Notes: generated by a model not told the origin, from the sequence alone. A stretch of 64,000 bases of DNA from Eledone cirrhosa (GCA_964016885.1 OZ024747.1:8184001-8248000); one strand, 5' to 3'. Shown: positions 25,485-38,704, counted from the stretch's first letter. Made by a program: numbers and translations.

Positions 25485-28400
25485 GGTGATGGTGGTGGCG
25501 GTGGTGATGTGATGGTGTGATGGTCGTGGTGATGATGGTGGTGATGGTGGTGGTGGTAGTGGTGGTGGTGATGGTGGTGATGATGGTGGTAGTGGTGGTG
25601 ATGGTGGTGGTGATGATGTGATGGTGTGATGGTGGTGATGGTGGTGGTGGTGATGATGTGATGGTGGTGATGGTGGTGGTGATGGTGGTGATGATGGTGG
25701 TGGTGGTAGTGGTGGTGGTGGTGGTGATGGTGATGATGTGATGGTGTGATGGTGGTGATGATGGTGGTGATGGTGGTGGTGGTGATGATGTGATGGTGTG
25801 ATGGTGGTGATGATGGTGGTGATGGTGGTGGTGGTGATGATGTGATGGTGTGATGGTGGTGATGATGGTGGTGGTGATGATGTGATGGTGTGATGGTGGT
25901 GGTGGTGGTGGTGGTGATGTGATGGTGTGATGGTGGTGATGATGGTGGTGATGATGGTGGTGATGATGGTGGTGATGATGGTGGTGATTGTGGTGGTAGT
26001 GGTGCTGGTGATGGTGGGCGTGGTGGTGATGATGTGATGGTGGGGGTGATGGTGGGCGTGGTTATGATGGTGGTGGTAGTGTTAATGACCACCACCACGA
26101 CCACCACCACCACCACCACCATGACCACCACCACCACCACCACCACCACCACCACCACCACGACCACCACCACCACCACGACCACCACCACCACCACCAG
26201 GAATATCAGCCATATTTTATAAGCCAGCAAATATTTTCTTCAGTCATGTTTATTATGTGAAGATGTGCTGATGATGATGATGAACATGGAGACAACAGTG
26301 GAGCAGGTGGCAGCAGTGTCGACGGCGACGGCTATGGAGGAATGGCGGGAGGGGTGGAGGGATGAAAGTGTGGGGGGGGGGGGGGGGGGGGAGAATTGAC
26401 TAATCTAGCAAGATAACATTTGACATCAGCCTGAAATAATTACAATGGTAGAAATGGTAAGAAATGACAATGTGATTAAAGATTTCAGCATTAGTGTCAC
26501 TGTAAGTGATGAGGAGGCGGTGGTGGTGGTGGTGGAGGGGTGGGGAGGGTAGGAGGAGGGGCGGATGTGAGGTAGTGATGGAAACCCTTGATAGTGGTAG
26601 CAATGATAACAGTAATGATCACCCAGATGTTGACAGCTGTCTCAAATCAAGAGAGGAGGGTGGTGCGGTGGGTGGGGGGGGGAGAGTGGTGGTATGTGGT
26701 GGGTGGTGGTGTGGTGAGTGGTGGTATGTGGTGGGTGGTGGTGGGGGTGGAGGGTGGTGGTGGGGGTGGAGGGGGAGAGTGGTGGTAGGCGGTGGGTGGT
26801 GGTGAGTGGTGGTATGTGGTGGGTGGTGGTGGGGGTGGAGGGGGAGAGTGGTGGTATGTGGTGGGTGGTGGTGGGGGTGGAGGGGGAGAGTGGTGGTAGG
26901 CGGTGGGTGGTGGTGGGTGGTGGTAGGCTATGTAACACTTAACTGTCAGTGAAGGGAAGGTGTGATTCTCTTGAATCTTTATTGGATTAATATGGATTGT
27001 ATTTTTGGTGGTGGTAGTAGTGGTGGTGGTGGTGGTGGTGGTGGTGGTGGTAGTGGTGATGGTGGTGGTGGTGGTGGTAGTGGTGGTGGTGGTGGTGGTG
27101 GTGGTGGTAGTGGTGATGGTGGTGGTGGTGGTGGTGGTGGTGGTGGTGGTGGTGGTGGTGGTGGTGGTGGTGGTGGTGGTGGTGGTGATGAAGATGATGA
27201 TGATGGTGGTGATGGTGGTGGTGGTGGTGAAGATGATGATGTGGTGGTGGTGGTTGTGGTGGTTGCGATGGTGGTGGTGGTGGTGATGATGGTGGTGATG
27301 GTGGTGGTGGTGATGGTGGTAGTGGTGGTGGTGATGGTGGCGATGGTGGTGAAGATGATGATGATGATGGTGGTGGTGGTGATGATGGTGGTGATGGTGG
27401 TGGTGGTAGTGGTGGTGGTGATGGTGGCGATGGTGGTGAAGATGATGATGAATGTGGTGGTGGTGGTTGTAGTGGTGGTGGTGGTTGTGGTGGTGGTGGT
27501 GGTGGTGGTGAAGATGATGATGAATGTGGTGGTGGTGGTTGTAGTGGTGGTGGTGGTGGTGGTGAAGATGATGATGAATGTGGTGGTGGTGTGGTGGTGG
27601 TGGTGGTGTGGTAGTGGTGGCGACAATGATCAGGATATTGGTGATAAGGAGAATGAGATGAGATGAGATGAGACACTGATGCAGAATAAGTGTGATTGGA
27701 GGAGGCTGGGTTAGGTAGGAATGGTACTGATGACAGTCGTGATAGCAACATTGGTGATCATCTTAATGACGACAACAGTGATGATGATGATGGTGGTGAT
27801 GGTGGTGGTGATGGTGGTGGTGGTGGTGTTGGTGTTGGTGGTGATGGTGGTGGTGGTGGTGGTGGTGAGGATGGTGGTGGTGGTGGTGGTGGTGGTGGTG
27901 GTGGTGGTGGTGGTGGTGGTGGTGGTGGTGGTGGTGGTGGTGATGGTGATGGTGGTGGTGGTGGTGTTGGTGGTGATGGTGGTGGTGATGGTGGTGGTGG
28001 TGGTGGTGGTGGTGGTGGTGGTGGTGTTGGTGGTGATGGTGGTGGTGGTGGTGGTGATGGTGGTGGTGGTGGTGATGGTGGTGGTGGTGGTGGTGGTGTT
28101 GGTGGTGGTGGTGGTGATGGTGGTGGTGGTGGTGGTGGTGATGGTGGTGGTGGTGGTGGTGGTGTTGGTGGTGATGGTGGTGGTGGTGGTGGTGGGGGTG
28201 GTGGTGGTGGTGCTGGTGGTGGTGATGGTGGTGGTGGTGGTGGTGGTGATGGTGATGATGGTGGTGGTGGTGGTGGTGGTGGTGATGGTGGTGATGGTGG
28301 TGATGATGGTGGTGGTGGTGGTGATGGTGGTGGTGGTGATGGTGATGATGGTGGTGATGGTGGTGGTGGTGGTGGTGATGGTGGTGGTGATGGTGGTGGT

Positions 28401-28915
28401 GATGGTGGTGATGGTGGTGGTGGTGATGGTGGTGGTGGTGATGGTGGTGGTGATGGTGGTGGTGATGGTGATGATGGTGGTGATGGTGGTGGTGGTGGTG
28501 GTGGTGATGGTGGTGGTGGTGATGGTGATGGTTATGATGATGGTGGTGATGGTGGTGGTGGTGGTGGTGATGATGGTGGTGGTGATGGTGATGGTGGTGA
28601 TGATAGTAGTGGTAGTGATGATGATATTGATGATGGTGGTGATGGTGATGGTGGTGGTGATGGTGATGGTGGTGGTGATGGTGATGATATTGATGTTGAT
28701 GGTGATGATGGTGGTGATGGTGGTGATGATGGTGGTGATGGTGATGATGATGATGGTGATGATGATGGTGATGATGATGGTGATGATGATATTGATGTTG
28801 ATGATGATGGTGATGATGATGATGATGTTGATGGTGGTGTTGATGATGGTGGTGATGGTGGTGATGATGATGATGATGGTGGTGTTGATGATGGTGGTGG
28901 TGATGGTGATGATGA
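25485..28915. repeat. Large (GGT/GAT)n trinucleotide domain with G-rich sub-repeats
   Basis: Read directly; strand switch to (ACC)n at ~26085-26198. Confidence 0.95.
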
Positions 28916-29009
28916 AAAATTTCACAATGAAAGCAACAGACAAATTTCAAATTTCAGAAAATTCTCACACACTGAAATACTACTATACAGATATCACATA
29001 TCACAAACA

Positions 29010-29142
29010 CGGCTATTTCGAAACGGCTTGAGCTCTGCCGTCGGGGTCATACTTTTTCCTATTACCCACTCTACTACCCTAAGTATTGAGTACTCTGGTG
29101 CGTTATGGTCCATCTGGTTCCTTACCACAATTCCTTCGTTAT
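29010..29142 (+). mobile_element. Family A element (long arm)
   Basis: cgaaacggcttgagctctgccgtcggggtc...ttccttcgtt followed by TA. Confidence 0.8.
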
Positions 29143-29161
29143 ATGTATGTATGTATGTATC

Positions 29162-29226
<65 letters not shown>

Positions 29227-29263
29227 CATTTCAGATCTAGCTGTCGAAACAGCCAGAGCTCAG

Positions 29264-29306
<43 letters not shown>

Positions 29307-29329
29307 AATTGGTTGTGTAGGTGTCATGA

Positions 29330-29537
29330 CAAAAAGCACCCAGTACTCAATGTAAATGAGGTTGGCACTAGGAAGGGCATCCAGCTGTAGAAACCAGCCC
29401 CAAATCCAAAATCGGTTCTGTATGAGCACGACATGGTCACCTGACCTAGCACTGCTCACAACAGGATAACTCGTCTAATCCATGCCAGTGTGGAAAAATG
29501 GATATCAAATGGTGGTGATGATGATGATGATGATGAT
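29330..29537 (+). mobile_element. RTE-type 3' tail / SINE 3' part
   Basis: ggttggcactaggaagggcatccagctgtagaaac...catgccagtgtggaaaaatggat...(GAT)n. Confidence 0.7.
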
Positions 29538-29863
29538 ATATATATATATATATATATGGAAAGTTACATGTTTGCTGAGGGAGGGAGTGAGAGGGAGAGG
29601 CAATCTTAAAAAGTGACATTTGGTAGAATACGGGTGGTGGGGGATCGGCTTATTTGTTCATAGGTTGACCAAGATACTCTCATGGAATGACCAAATGAGG
29701 TTTATTTTTCAACATAGTCACTAGAAACAAACAATGCAGTTATTAATAAGAAGAGGGGGAACCTAAATGTTAGACCTCATTGCTTTTTACTACTATCCTC
29801 TCCAAGTTGTTTCATCTTGAAATAACATGAACAAGATGAGGGTAGGTGAGTCTTCTGTAGTAC

Positions 29864-30582
29864 GGCATATCACCACTTGACTCAGTCTTGTGGCATATCA
29901 CCACTTGACTCAGTCTTGTGGCATCTCACCACTTGACTCAGTCTTGTGGCATCTCACCACTTGACTCAGTCTTGTGGCATATCACCACTTGACTCAGTCT
30001 TGTGGCATATCACCACTTGACTCAGTCTTGTGGCATATCACCACTTGACTCAGTCTTGTGGCATATCACCACTTGACTCAGTCTTGTGGCATATCACCAC
30101 TTGACTCAGTCTTGTGGCATATCACCACTTGACTCAGTCTTGTGGCATATCACCACTTGACTCAGTCTTGTGGCATATCACCACTTGACTCAGTCTTGTG
30201 GCATATCACCACTTGACTCAGTCTTGTGGCATATCACCACTTGACTCAGTCTTGTGGCATATCACCACTTGACTCAGTCTTGTGGCATATCACCACTTGA
30301 CTCAGTCTTGTGGCATATCACCACTTGACTCAGTCTTGTGGCATATCACCACTTGACTCAGTCTTGTGGCATATCACCACTTGACTCAGTCTTGTGGCAT
30401 ATCACCACTTGACTCAGTCTTGTGGCATATCACCACTTGACTCAGTCTTGTGGCATATCACCAGTTGACTCAGTCTTGTGGCATATCACCAGTTGACTCA
30501 GTCTTGTGGCATATCACCAGTTGACTCAGTCTTGTGGCATATCACCAGTTGACTCAGTCTTGTGGCATATCACCAGTTGACT
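29864..30582. repeat. 28-bp satellite (ggcatatcaccacttgactcagtcttgt), at least 25 copies, running into the gap
   Basis: Read directly; very homogeneous. Confidence 0.95.
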
Positions 30583-30782
30583 NNNNNNNNNNNNNNNNNN
30601 NNNNNNNNNNNNNNNNNNNNNNNNNNNNNNNNNNNNNNNNNNNNNNNNNNNNNNNNNNNNNNNNNNNNNNNNNNNNNNNNNNNNNNNNNNNNNNNNNNNN
30701 NNNNNNNNNNNNNNNNNNNNNNNNNNNNNNNNNNNNNNNNNNNNNNNNNNNNNNNNNNNNNNNNNNNNNNNNNNNNNNNNNN
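30583..30782. other. Assembly gap (200 N)
   Basis: Run of N. Confidence 1.
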
Positions 30783-30856
30783 ACTCTACTACCCTAAGTA
30801 TTGAGTACTCCGGTGCGTTATGGTCCACCTCGCTCCTTACCACACTTCCTTCGTTA
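30783..30856 (+). mobile_element. Family A extension fragment
   Basis: actctactaccctaagtattgagtac...cttccttcgtta. Confidence 0.75.
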
Positions 30857-31058
30857 TCGTTGTGTGTGTGTGTGTGTGTAAAAAGTAAACAGAAATAACA
30901 AACCAAACAGCACAGTACATTGAAGAAATATATATATTTTATAAAATTCTCCATCGTAACTAAAACAATGATTGTTGAGAGCTTTCTCCTGCTTACTCCT
31001 CTTTTTACCAAAACAATCTCTTCCGAACACAATATATATATATATATATGTATATATA

Positions 31059-31122
<64 letters not shown>

Positions 31123-31414
31123 TATTTGATGATTTAGTGTTAAAGAATAAGAACCAATTTATAAAATATAAATATATCTTAAAAAACGAGGCCCACGAGG
31201 GCGTGTGACCCTAAGGCTTACGGTCACACACCCTCGCGGGCCTAAGCTATAGCTTATTTAGTTTATAGGTAAGTCCAGCACTACACAAAAGTTAGATTGA
31301 ATAAGATAGAGACAATGAGTTCCGATAGATGTAGGTATTGATTAGTTGTATTGTAAATAGGAGAAAATAGATAAAATAAATGTTTCTAACGAAGTTATAT
31401 GGCCAGCAATTTAT

Positions 31415-31590
31415 GTGAAGGCTCATGGCTTTGTGGTTAGAGCAATGGGCTTGCAATCGAAAGGTTGGGAGTTCAATTCTCGGACCGGGTGGTGTGTTGT
31501 TTCCTTGAGCAAGACACTTTCTTTAACGTTGTTCCAGTATACACCGCTGTAGAAATGAAATGATAGGGACTGGGGTCACTATCATTAAAT
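31415..31590 (+). mobile_element. CORE-type SINE, 5' half
   Basis: tggctttgtggttagagc...gagttcaattctc...tttccttgagcaagacacttt; homologous to 1430-1600. Confidence 0.8.
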
Positions 31591-31657
31591 CACCCAAGAC
31601 ACCTCCAACGAGATATACCTTGGAGGAGGCCAGCTAAACCTGCATAGGTGTGAGCTG

Positions 31658-31689
<32 letters not shown>

Positions 31690-31952
31690 TATAGAGGAAA
31701 GTAAAGTCGCTTAAATCGAAACCCCAGTACTTGACAGGTATTATATCTCACAGGTAAAATGTTTATTCTCAATACATGTGTTTCACTCACCAAGCTGGCC
31801 TAAACACATCATCGATAATTATATAAATATGAAATAGACAGATATAAAAACAAAAAGATAAAAACAAAGTAAAGAGATGAGAAAGAAATGGAGAGAGTAA
31901 AGGAAGTAAAGAGATGGCGGTTATATAGAAAAGAAGTGACAAAATAAAGTAA

Positions 31953-32142
31953 TTGTTTCTACTTTTGGCACAAGGCCAGCAATTACCCAGTGTATTACTG
32001 GTACTTTATTTTATCAACCCCGTAAGGATGAAAGGCAAAGTCAACCTCGGTGGGATTTGAACTCAGAATGGCAAGGGCCGTAACTCTATGCGTCAAAGCA
32101 TGGCGTCCGACCCTCTACCGATACTGCCAATCCACCGCCCTT
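31953..32142 (-). mobile_element. S1 SINE with ~17-bp TSD (gtgacaaaatwaagtaa)
   Basis: Full-length copy; TSD at 31936 and 32145. Confidence 0.9.
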
Positions 32143-32759
32143 CTGTGACAAAATTAAGTAATGAGGGAAGGGGTAAAGAAGGACAGATCTGACTGTAGGA
32201 AAGTAATGTGATGGAATTTATTTGAAATTTAAAAAAAATATATTTAACTTATCTTTAAATATCTGATGCTGAATTCAATAAAGGTAATATCTTGTTATAA
32301 AACTGTATGGCAAAGTAAAAGAAAGGACTATAAATGCTATAAATGAGCGGAAAAGGAGGGGAAAAAAACAAGGACCCTTGGGCCAGAGAGGAAAGGGAGG
32401 GAGGGGGAAGAGGAGAGTGTGATGGGCTCTGGGCCTAGGGCAGGTCTGTGTTTGGACTTCACCCCGCGGACAAAATTGTGAAAGGTAAAGTTAACTTCTG
32501 CGGGATTTGAGCTCAGAACGTAAAAGACAGAATAAATACCGCAAAGCGGTTTCTCGACGTTTAAACGATTCTACCTCTTATAATGGTTTCTAATTTAGGC
32601 ACAAGACCAGCAATTTCATGGGTTGGGGAATTAAATTGAACCCCTAGTACATAACTGGTATTATATTTTATCGATCCCTGGAAAAATAAATGACAAAGTT
32701 GATTACGCGGGAATCGGTGAAATTACTTCTATCGCGTCTTGTAAATACCAAAGTACGGA

Positions 32760-33402
32760 TATGTGTATGTGAGTGTGTGTGAGTGTGTGTGTTAGTGTGT
32801 GTGTGTATGTGTGTGCGTGTATAAATATGTGTATATGTGTCTGTGTGTGTTTATGTGTGTATGTGTCTGTGTGTATATATATATGTGTGTGTGTATATAT
32901 ATATGTGTGTGTGTATGTGTATACATGTGTGTGTGTGTGTCTGTGTGTGTGTGTCTGTGTCTGTGTGTGTCTGTGTGTCTGTCTCTGAGTGTGTGTGTCT
33001 GTGTGCGTGTGTGTGTGACTGTGTGTGTCTGTGTGTGTGTGTCTGTGTGCGTGTGTGTGTGACTGTGTGTGTCTGTGTGTGTGTGTGTGTCTGTGTCTCT
33101 GTGTGTCAGTGTCTGTGTGTCTGTATGTGTGTGTGTGTGTCTGTATGTGTATATATGTGTGTGTCTGTCTGTGTGTGTGTGTCTGTTTGTATGTGTATAT
33201 GTGTGTGTGTGTATGTGTGTGTGTGTGTGTGTGTGTATGTGTGTGTGTGTGTGTCTGTGTGTGTGTCTGTGTGTGTGTCTGTGTGTGTGTCTGTGTGTGT
33301 GTCTGTGTGTGTGTGTCTGTGTGTGTGTCTGTGTGTATGTGTGTCTGTGTGTGTGTCTGTGTGTCTCTCTGTCTGTCTGTATATATATATATATATATTT
33401 GC

Positions 33403-33490
<88 letters not shown>

Positions 33491-33533
33491 GTGCCTCTCT
33501 CTCTGTGTATGTATGTGTGTGTGTGTGTGTGTG

Positions 33534-33569
<36 letters not shown>

Positions 33570-33603
33570 CCTCTCTCTCTGTATGTGTGTGTGTGTGTAT
33601 GTG

Positions 33604-33635
<32 letters not shown>

Positions 33636-33735
33636 CCTCTCTCTCTCTGTGTATGTGTGTGTGTCTGTCTGTCTGTATGTGTATATATATATGTGTGTGT
33701 CTCTCTCTCTGTATGTGTGTCTGTGTGTGTGTATG

Positions 33736-33768
<33 letters not shown>

Positions 33769-34151
33769 GTGCCTCTCTCTCTGTGTATGTATGTGTGTGT
33801 GTATGTATATATATATATATATATATGTGTCTCTCTCTCGCTGTATATGTGTGTGTCTGTCTGTCTGTATGTGTGTCTGTGTGTGTATATATATATATGT
33901 GCCTCTCTCTCTCTCTGTATGTGTGTGTGTGTGTGTATGTATATATATATATATGTGTGCCTCTCTCTCTGTATGTGTGTGTGTATGTATATATATATAT
34001 ATATATATGTGTGCCTCTCTCTCTGTATGTGTGTCTGTGTGTGTGTATGTATGTATATATATATATATATGTGCCTCTCTCTCTGTATGTGTGTCTGTGT
34101 GTGTGTATGTATGTGTGTGTATATATATATATATATATGTGCTTCTCTCTC

Positions 34152-34185
<34 letters not shown>
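32760..34185. repeat. Compound (TG)/(TCTG)/(TA)/(TC) microsatellite
   Basis: Read directly from the sequence. Confidence 0.95.
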
Positions 34186-34186
<1 letters not shown>

Positions 34187-34602
34187 ATACGACATGCTTC
34201 TGCAGTTTCCATCTATTAAATTCTACTTCAATTTTCCGAAGAATTTCAGTAAATATAATTCCCAGCTTCTCAACAGAGGAGTTCTTTGATTGAAGAAAAT
34301 GGGTAAAAAAATGTGATTTTATAAAAAGTTACATTTTAAAAATAAACTTCCCCTAACAAATAAATAAACAAAGTCAAAAACTAAAAAGTAAATAAAAAAA
34401 AAGGACAGTAAAATGCAAATAACAGGGACCCCAGGGCTGGGGTTTTAGGGGGTGGAAAAGGTGATAAGAAACAACGTGTGAATGTGTGTGTGTGTTCTTT
34501 GAAGAACCTTAGTGAACTATTAAATCACTATTAGAAGAAAACAACTATACCTGTATATACATACATACATACATATATAGATACATACAAACATACATAC
34601 AT

Positions 34603-35155
34603 GGTGGCTGCCAACTCGTTTTCGAGTACGGCCACTACTTTATATCCATGTAGGAGAACCCCCTACCGATGCGCTGAACAAGTGTGAATTTTTAGTCCAG
34701 CCAGCGACTTGAAAACTCTGGTACAAACACTACCCTTGTGACAATTATTGACACATAGTGCTGGGCCCATGGTACCATATGACGACAAGTGCAGAGAGAT
34801 CTCCAGATACAAAGCAATGCCTGTGCCGTGAAGCTTTTATAGTGAGCAAAGGCACTGCACAAAGCCAGTCCCACTCTCTTAACCAAGATGATATTTACCA
34901 AAAAGAAGAACAAGTCAACATCATTGGATACCATCAGAGTTGCAGGTGTTATATCAGAGTTTTCCTTCTCCTAGAATTCTGCCTTGACAAAGGCTAAGGG
35001 GTCATCTCTCCCGGTGATTTTGGATGGCCATTGACTCTTAAGAGCTCCTTTTCCCTTTGACAGGTTTTGTTTTTAGTCCTGCAGGATGTCCAAAGTCACC
35101 CTCCTCACCAAGAAACCTTGGTGGGGTTGCCAGTTTAGTCGCCAACGACCCGACC
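34603..35155 (-). mobile_element. Putative non-autonomous RTE-related retroelement within (CATA)n
   Basis: GC-richer island bounded by (CATA)n on both sides; 'gtttccttctcctag...gccttgacaaaggcta' resembles RTE 5'-UTR motifs as recalled, not verified. Confidence 0.35.
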
Positions 35156-35180
35156 ATACATGCATACATACATACATACA

Positions 35181-35210
<30 letters not shown>

Positions 35211-35212
<2 letters not shown>

Positions 35213-35350
35213 ATAGATTAAAGTTTAAGCAAAGGATCGCTGCTTTCACTCTTAACGGATCTTCTGAAACTCACGGTTTTATATATTTGATATATATTTA
35301 TCCTTATCGAGCCCTCTTTGGATTTTAGTCTTCATATTTATTATTATTAC
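35211..35350. mobile_element. Family C TA-embedded element; other copies at 39361-39436, 39848-40022, 43061-43140, 54055-54170, 54800-54943, 57220-57310
   Basis: Recurrent 'aataacagattaaagtttaagcaaagaatcgctgctttcaccctt' and 'tccttatcgagccctctttggattttagtcttcaaatttattattattac', joined in inverted orientation in most copies. Confidence 0.8.
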
Positions 35351-35369
35351 TATATATATATCTATATAT

Positions 35370-35705
35370 ATATGTGTGTGTGTGTGTCTGTGTGCGTGTG
35401 TGTCTGTGTGTGTCTGTGTGCGTGTGTGTCTGCGTGTGTGTATGTGTCTGTGTGTCTGTGTGTCTGTGTGTCTGTGGTGTGTGTGTCTGTGTGTGTGTGT
35501 GTGTGTGTCTGTCTGTGTGTGTGTGTGTGTCTGTCTGTGTGTGTGTGTGTGTCTGTGTGGTGTGGTGTGGTGTGTGTGTGTCTGTGTGTGTGTGTGTCTG
35601 TGTGTGTCTGTGTGTGTCTGTGTGTGTGTGTCTGTGTGTGTCTGTGTGTGTGTGTGTCTGTGTGTGTCTCTGTGTGTGTCTGTGTCTGTGTGTGTCTGTG
35701 TCTGT

Positions 35706-35739
<34 letters not shown>

Positions 35740-35804
35740 TGTGTGTGTGTGTCTGTGTCTGTGTGTGTCTGTGTGTGTCTCTGTGTGTGTCTGTGCCTGT
35801 GTCT

Positions 35805-35845
<41 letters not shown>

Positions 35846-36137
35846 TGTATGTGTGTCTGTGTGTGTGTGTGTGTGTGTCTGTGTGTGTGTGTGTGTGTGT
35901 CTGTGTGTGTGTCTGTGTCTGTGTGTGTCTGTGTGTGTCTCTGTGTGTGTCTGTGCCTGTGTCTGTGTGTGTGTGTGTGTCTGTGTGTGTGTGTCTGTGT
36001 GTGTGTGTGTGTGTCTGTGTGTGTGTCTGTGTCTGTGTGTGTCTGTGTGTGTCTGTGCCTGTGTCTGTGTATGTGTGTGTGTATGTGTGTGTGTATGTGT
36101 GTGTGTGTGTGTGTGTGTCTGTGTGTGTGTGTGTGTG
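35370..36137. repeat. (TG)n/(TCTG)n microsatellite
   Basis: Read directly from the sequence. Confidence 0.95.
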
Positions 36138-36289
36138 TAGCATAATTTCAATCAATACACGCTTTTAGTGTTTGTAATTTATATCACCTCTGTTTACATA
36201 TCGAGGACTCATTCTTTCGTTATACGAAATCACACTCTCTCTCTCTCTCTCTCTCTCTCTGTATATATATCTGTGATGAGTTTTTATAC

Positions 36290-37083
36290 TCACCTGTGTA
36301 CTCACAGTTTTACCTGTGCACTCAGTTTTACCTGTGTACTCAGTTTTACCTGTGTACCCACAGTTTTACCTGTGTACTCACAGTTTTACCTGTGTACCCA
36401 CAGTTTCACCTGTGTACCCACAGTTTCACCTGTGTACCCACAGTTTCACCTGTGTACTCACAGTTTCACCTGTGCACCCACAGTTTTACCCGTGTACCCA
36501 CAGTTTTACCCGTGTACCCACAGTTTCACCCGTGTACCCACAGTTTCACCTGTGTACACACAGTTTTACCTGTGTACTCACTGTTTCACCTGTGTACCCA
36601 CAGTTTTACCTGTGTACTCACTGTTTCACCTGTGTACCCACAGTTTTACCTGTGTACTCACTGTTTCACCTGTGTACCCACAGTTTTACCTGTGTACTCA
36701 CTGTTTCACCCGTGTACCCACAGTTTCACCTGTGTACACACAGTTTTACCTGTGTACTCACAGTTTCACCTGTGTACTCACAGTTTCACCTGTGTACACA
36801 CAGTTTTACCTGTGTACTCACTGTTTCACCTGTGTACCCACAGTTTTACCTGTGCACCCACAGTTTCACCTGTGTACCCACAGTTTCACCTGTGTACCCA
36901 CAGTTTCACCTGTGTACCCACAGTTTTACCTGTGCACCCACAGTTTCACCTGTGTACCCACAGTTTTACCTGTGTACTCACTGTTTCACCTGTGTACACA
37001 CAGTTTTACCTGTGCACCCACAGTTTCACCTGTGTACCCACAGTTTCACCTGTGTACCCACAGTTTCACCTGTGTACCCACAG
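36290..37083. repeat. 20-bp minisatellite (cacagtttyacctgtgtacy), ~40 copies
   Basis: Read directly; an inverted monomer lies at 37113-37127. Confidence 0.95.
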
Positions 37084-37545
37084 GATCATCCGCCAAATGC
37101 TGTCTGATTGAATACACAGGTGAAACTCCAGAATAAAAAGGCTCATCACTTAGCCATAATAAAGAATAGAGAGAGAGAGAGAGAGAGAGACATGCCGCCA
37201 CTCGAATACTGGCGCTTTAGCTCGGATCTAGCTGTTGAAACGGCCGGAGCTCAGCCGTCGGGGTCATGAATCTTTTCATATATAGATATATAGATATATA
37301 GATATATAACGATTCTCAAAGTGGTCGATATAGATGGCCAAAGGATGAATAAAATTTCAGTAGGGATCAACAAATACTTAAGGGTCTACAGGGATGAAAT
37401 TACTGCATTTATTAGAAACTGTAGCAAAATATCCCAAGCTTCGTCCAACTGTTGAACGAAGTATATGGTGGAATTTAGTTTTTAGCCATGTGCATTACTT
37501 ATTAAATAAACAGAACTTGGTGATTCAACAACTTAATATTTGTGA

Positions 37546-37742
37546 TCTCCGTGACCAACAAACCCACTCTTCCCATTAAAATATAAATCGTGGCTCAAAC
37601 TTACAAACCTACAGCCTAATATTTCTGATCTTCTCCGTGACCAACAAACCCATACCATCCATTAAAATATAATTCGTGGCTCAAATTCACAAACCTACAG
37701 CCTAATATTTCTGATTTTCTACGTGCCCACCAAACCCATCCT
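37546..37742. repeat. ~86-bp tandem duplication (2.3 copies)
   Basis: ctccgtgaccaacaaaccca...ggctcaaa...aaacctacagcctaatatttctgat is repeated. Confidence 0.8.
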
Positions 37743-37988
37743 TGGCATGACAGGTGTGTTTGCAATTATAATTCACTAGTTCCCTTCTCGTTTATTAAAC
37801 CCCAGTATTTTTTTTTTAAACAATCTTTTATTTAATCAATTATACATAAACATATTATGTCGACTATATTTTACAAAAAAGAGTTATACAATGATCGAAA
37901 CGTTTTATAGTTTTAGATCGATAAATTAGTTTAGTGGTGGATGGTGAATAGAAATAACATTTTGTTACAAATAAGAAGTTTGATAAGG

Positions 37989-38030
<42 letters not shown>

Positions 38031-38099
38031 TATATATATATAAGAAAATGAGGGTTTTTTTAAATAAAAAAAACGAGATGTTCTACACGGGTGAAAATA

Positions 38100-38220
38100 T
38101 AAGGAAAAGGAATCAAAAATGCAACTGGAATCTTTTTAAGAATATTTATTTCCTTTACCGGTTTCACAGTTCTTATGCTTTTCAGAAGTAGAATTGAGAT
38201 GGAGGGTTTGTGGTTTGTCT

Positions 38221-38222
<2 letters not shown>
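38100..38222 (-). mobile_element. Family D element with hammerhead-like core at 38153-38188
   Basis: Minus strand reads ctt-CTGAAAA-gca-taagaac-tgt-GAAA-CCGG-TA-aag. Confidence 0.6.
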
Positions 38223-38289
<67 letters not shown>

Positions 38290-38402
38290 GTGAGTGTGTA
38301 CGTAGTAGTTTTATTTTCGTAAAGATATCCAAGGTATTGAACAACTCAAGTCCGCAGGGCAAGTTTCAATATAATTATATATGTGTGTGTATGTGTACAT
38401 AC

Positions 38403-38439
<37 letters not shown>

Positions 38440-38441
<2 letters not shown>

Positions 38442-38625
38442 CGAAGGAAATGTGGTAAGGAACCAGGTGAATCATAACGCACCAAAGTACTCAATACTTA
38501 GAGTAGTAGAGTGGGTAATAGGAACGAGTAGAACCCCGACCGACGGCTGAGCTTTTTTTTTTTTTTTAGTCCAGAATTAGCCGTCGAAACGGCTTGAGCT
38601 CAGCCGTCGGGGTCCTACTCGTTCC

Positions 38626-38626
<1 letters not shown>
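38440..38626. mobile_element. Family A fold-back element
   Basis: Same arms as 3779-3977, with a poly-T at the inversion junction. Confidence 0.8.

Positions 38627-38704
<78 letters not shown>

Noticed and set aside
26962-29240. Poly-Gly/His/Thr/Val ORFs resembling glycine- or histidine-rich structural proteins
   Set aside because: Open in nearly all frames because of (GGT/GAT)n; no signal peptide or unique coding context.
29864-30582. CRISPR-like regular repeats (also 21318, 36290, 51926)
   Set aside because: Head-to-tail units without unique spacers, no cas genes, and a eukaryotic context.
36168-37136. 322-aa Cys/His-rich ORFs (FTCVPTV/LCTHS) suggestive of zinc fingers
   Set aside because: Product of a 20-bp minisatellite, open in all three forward frames.
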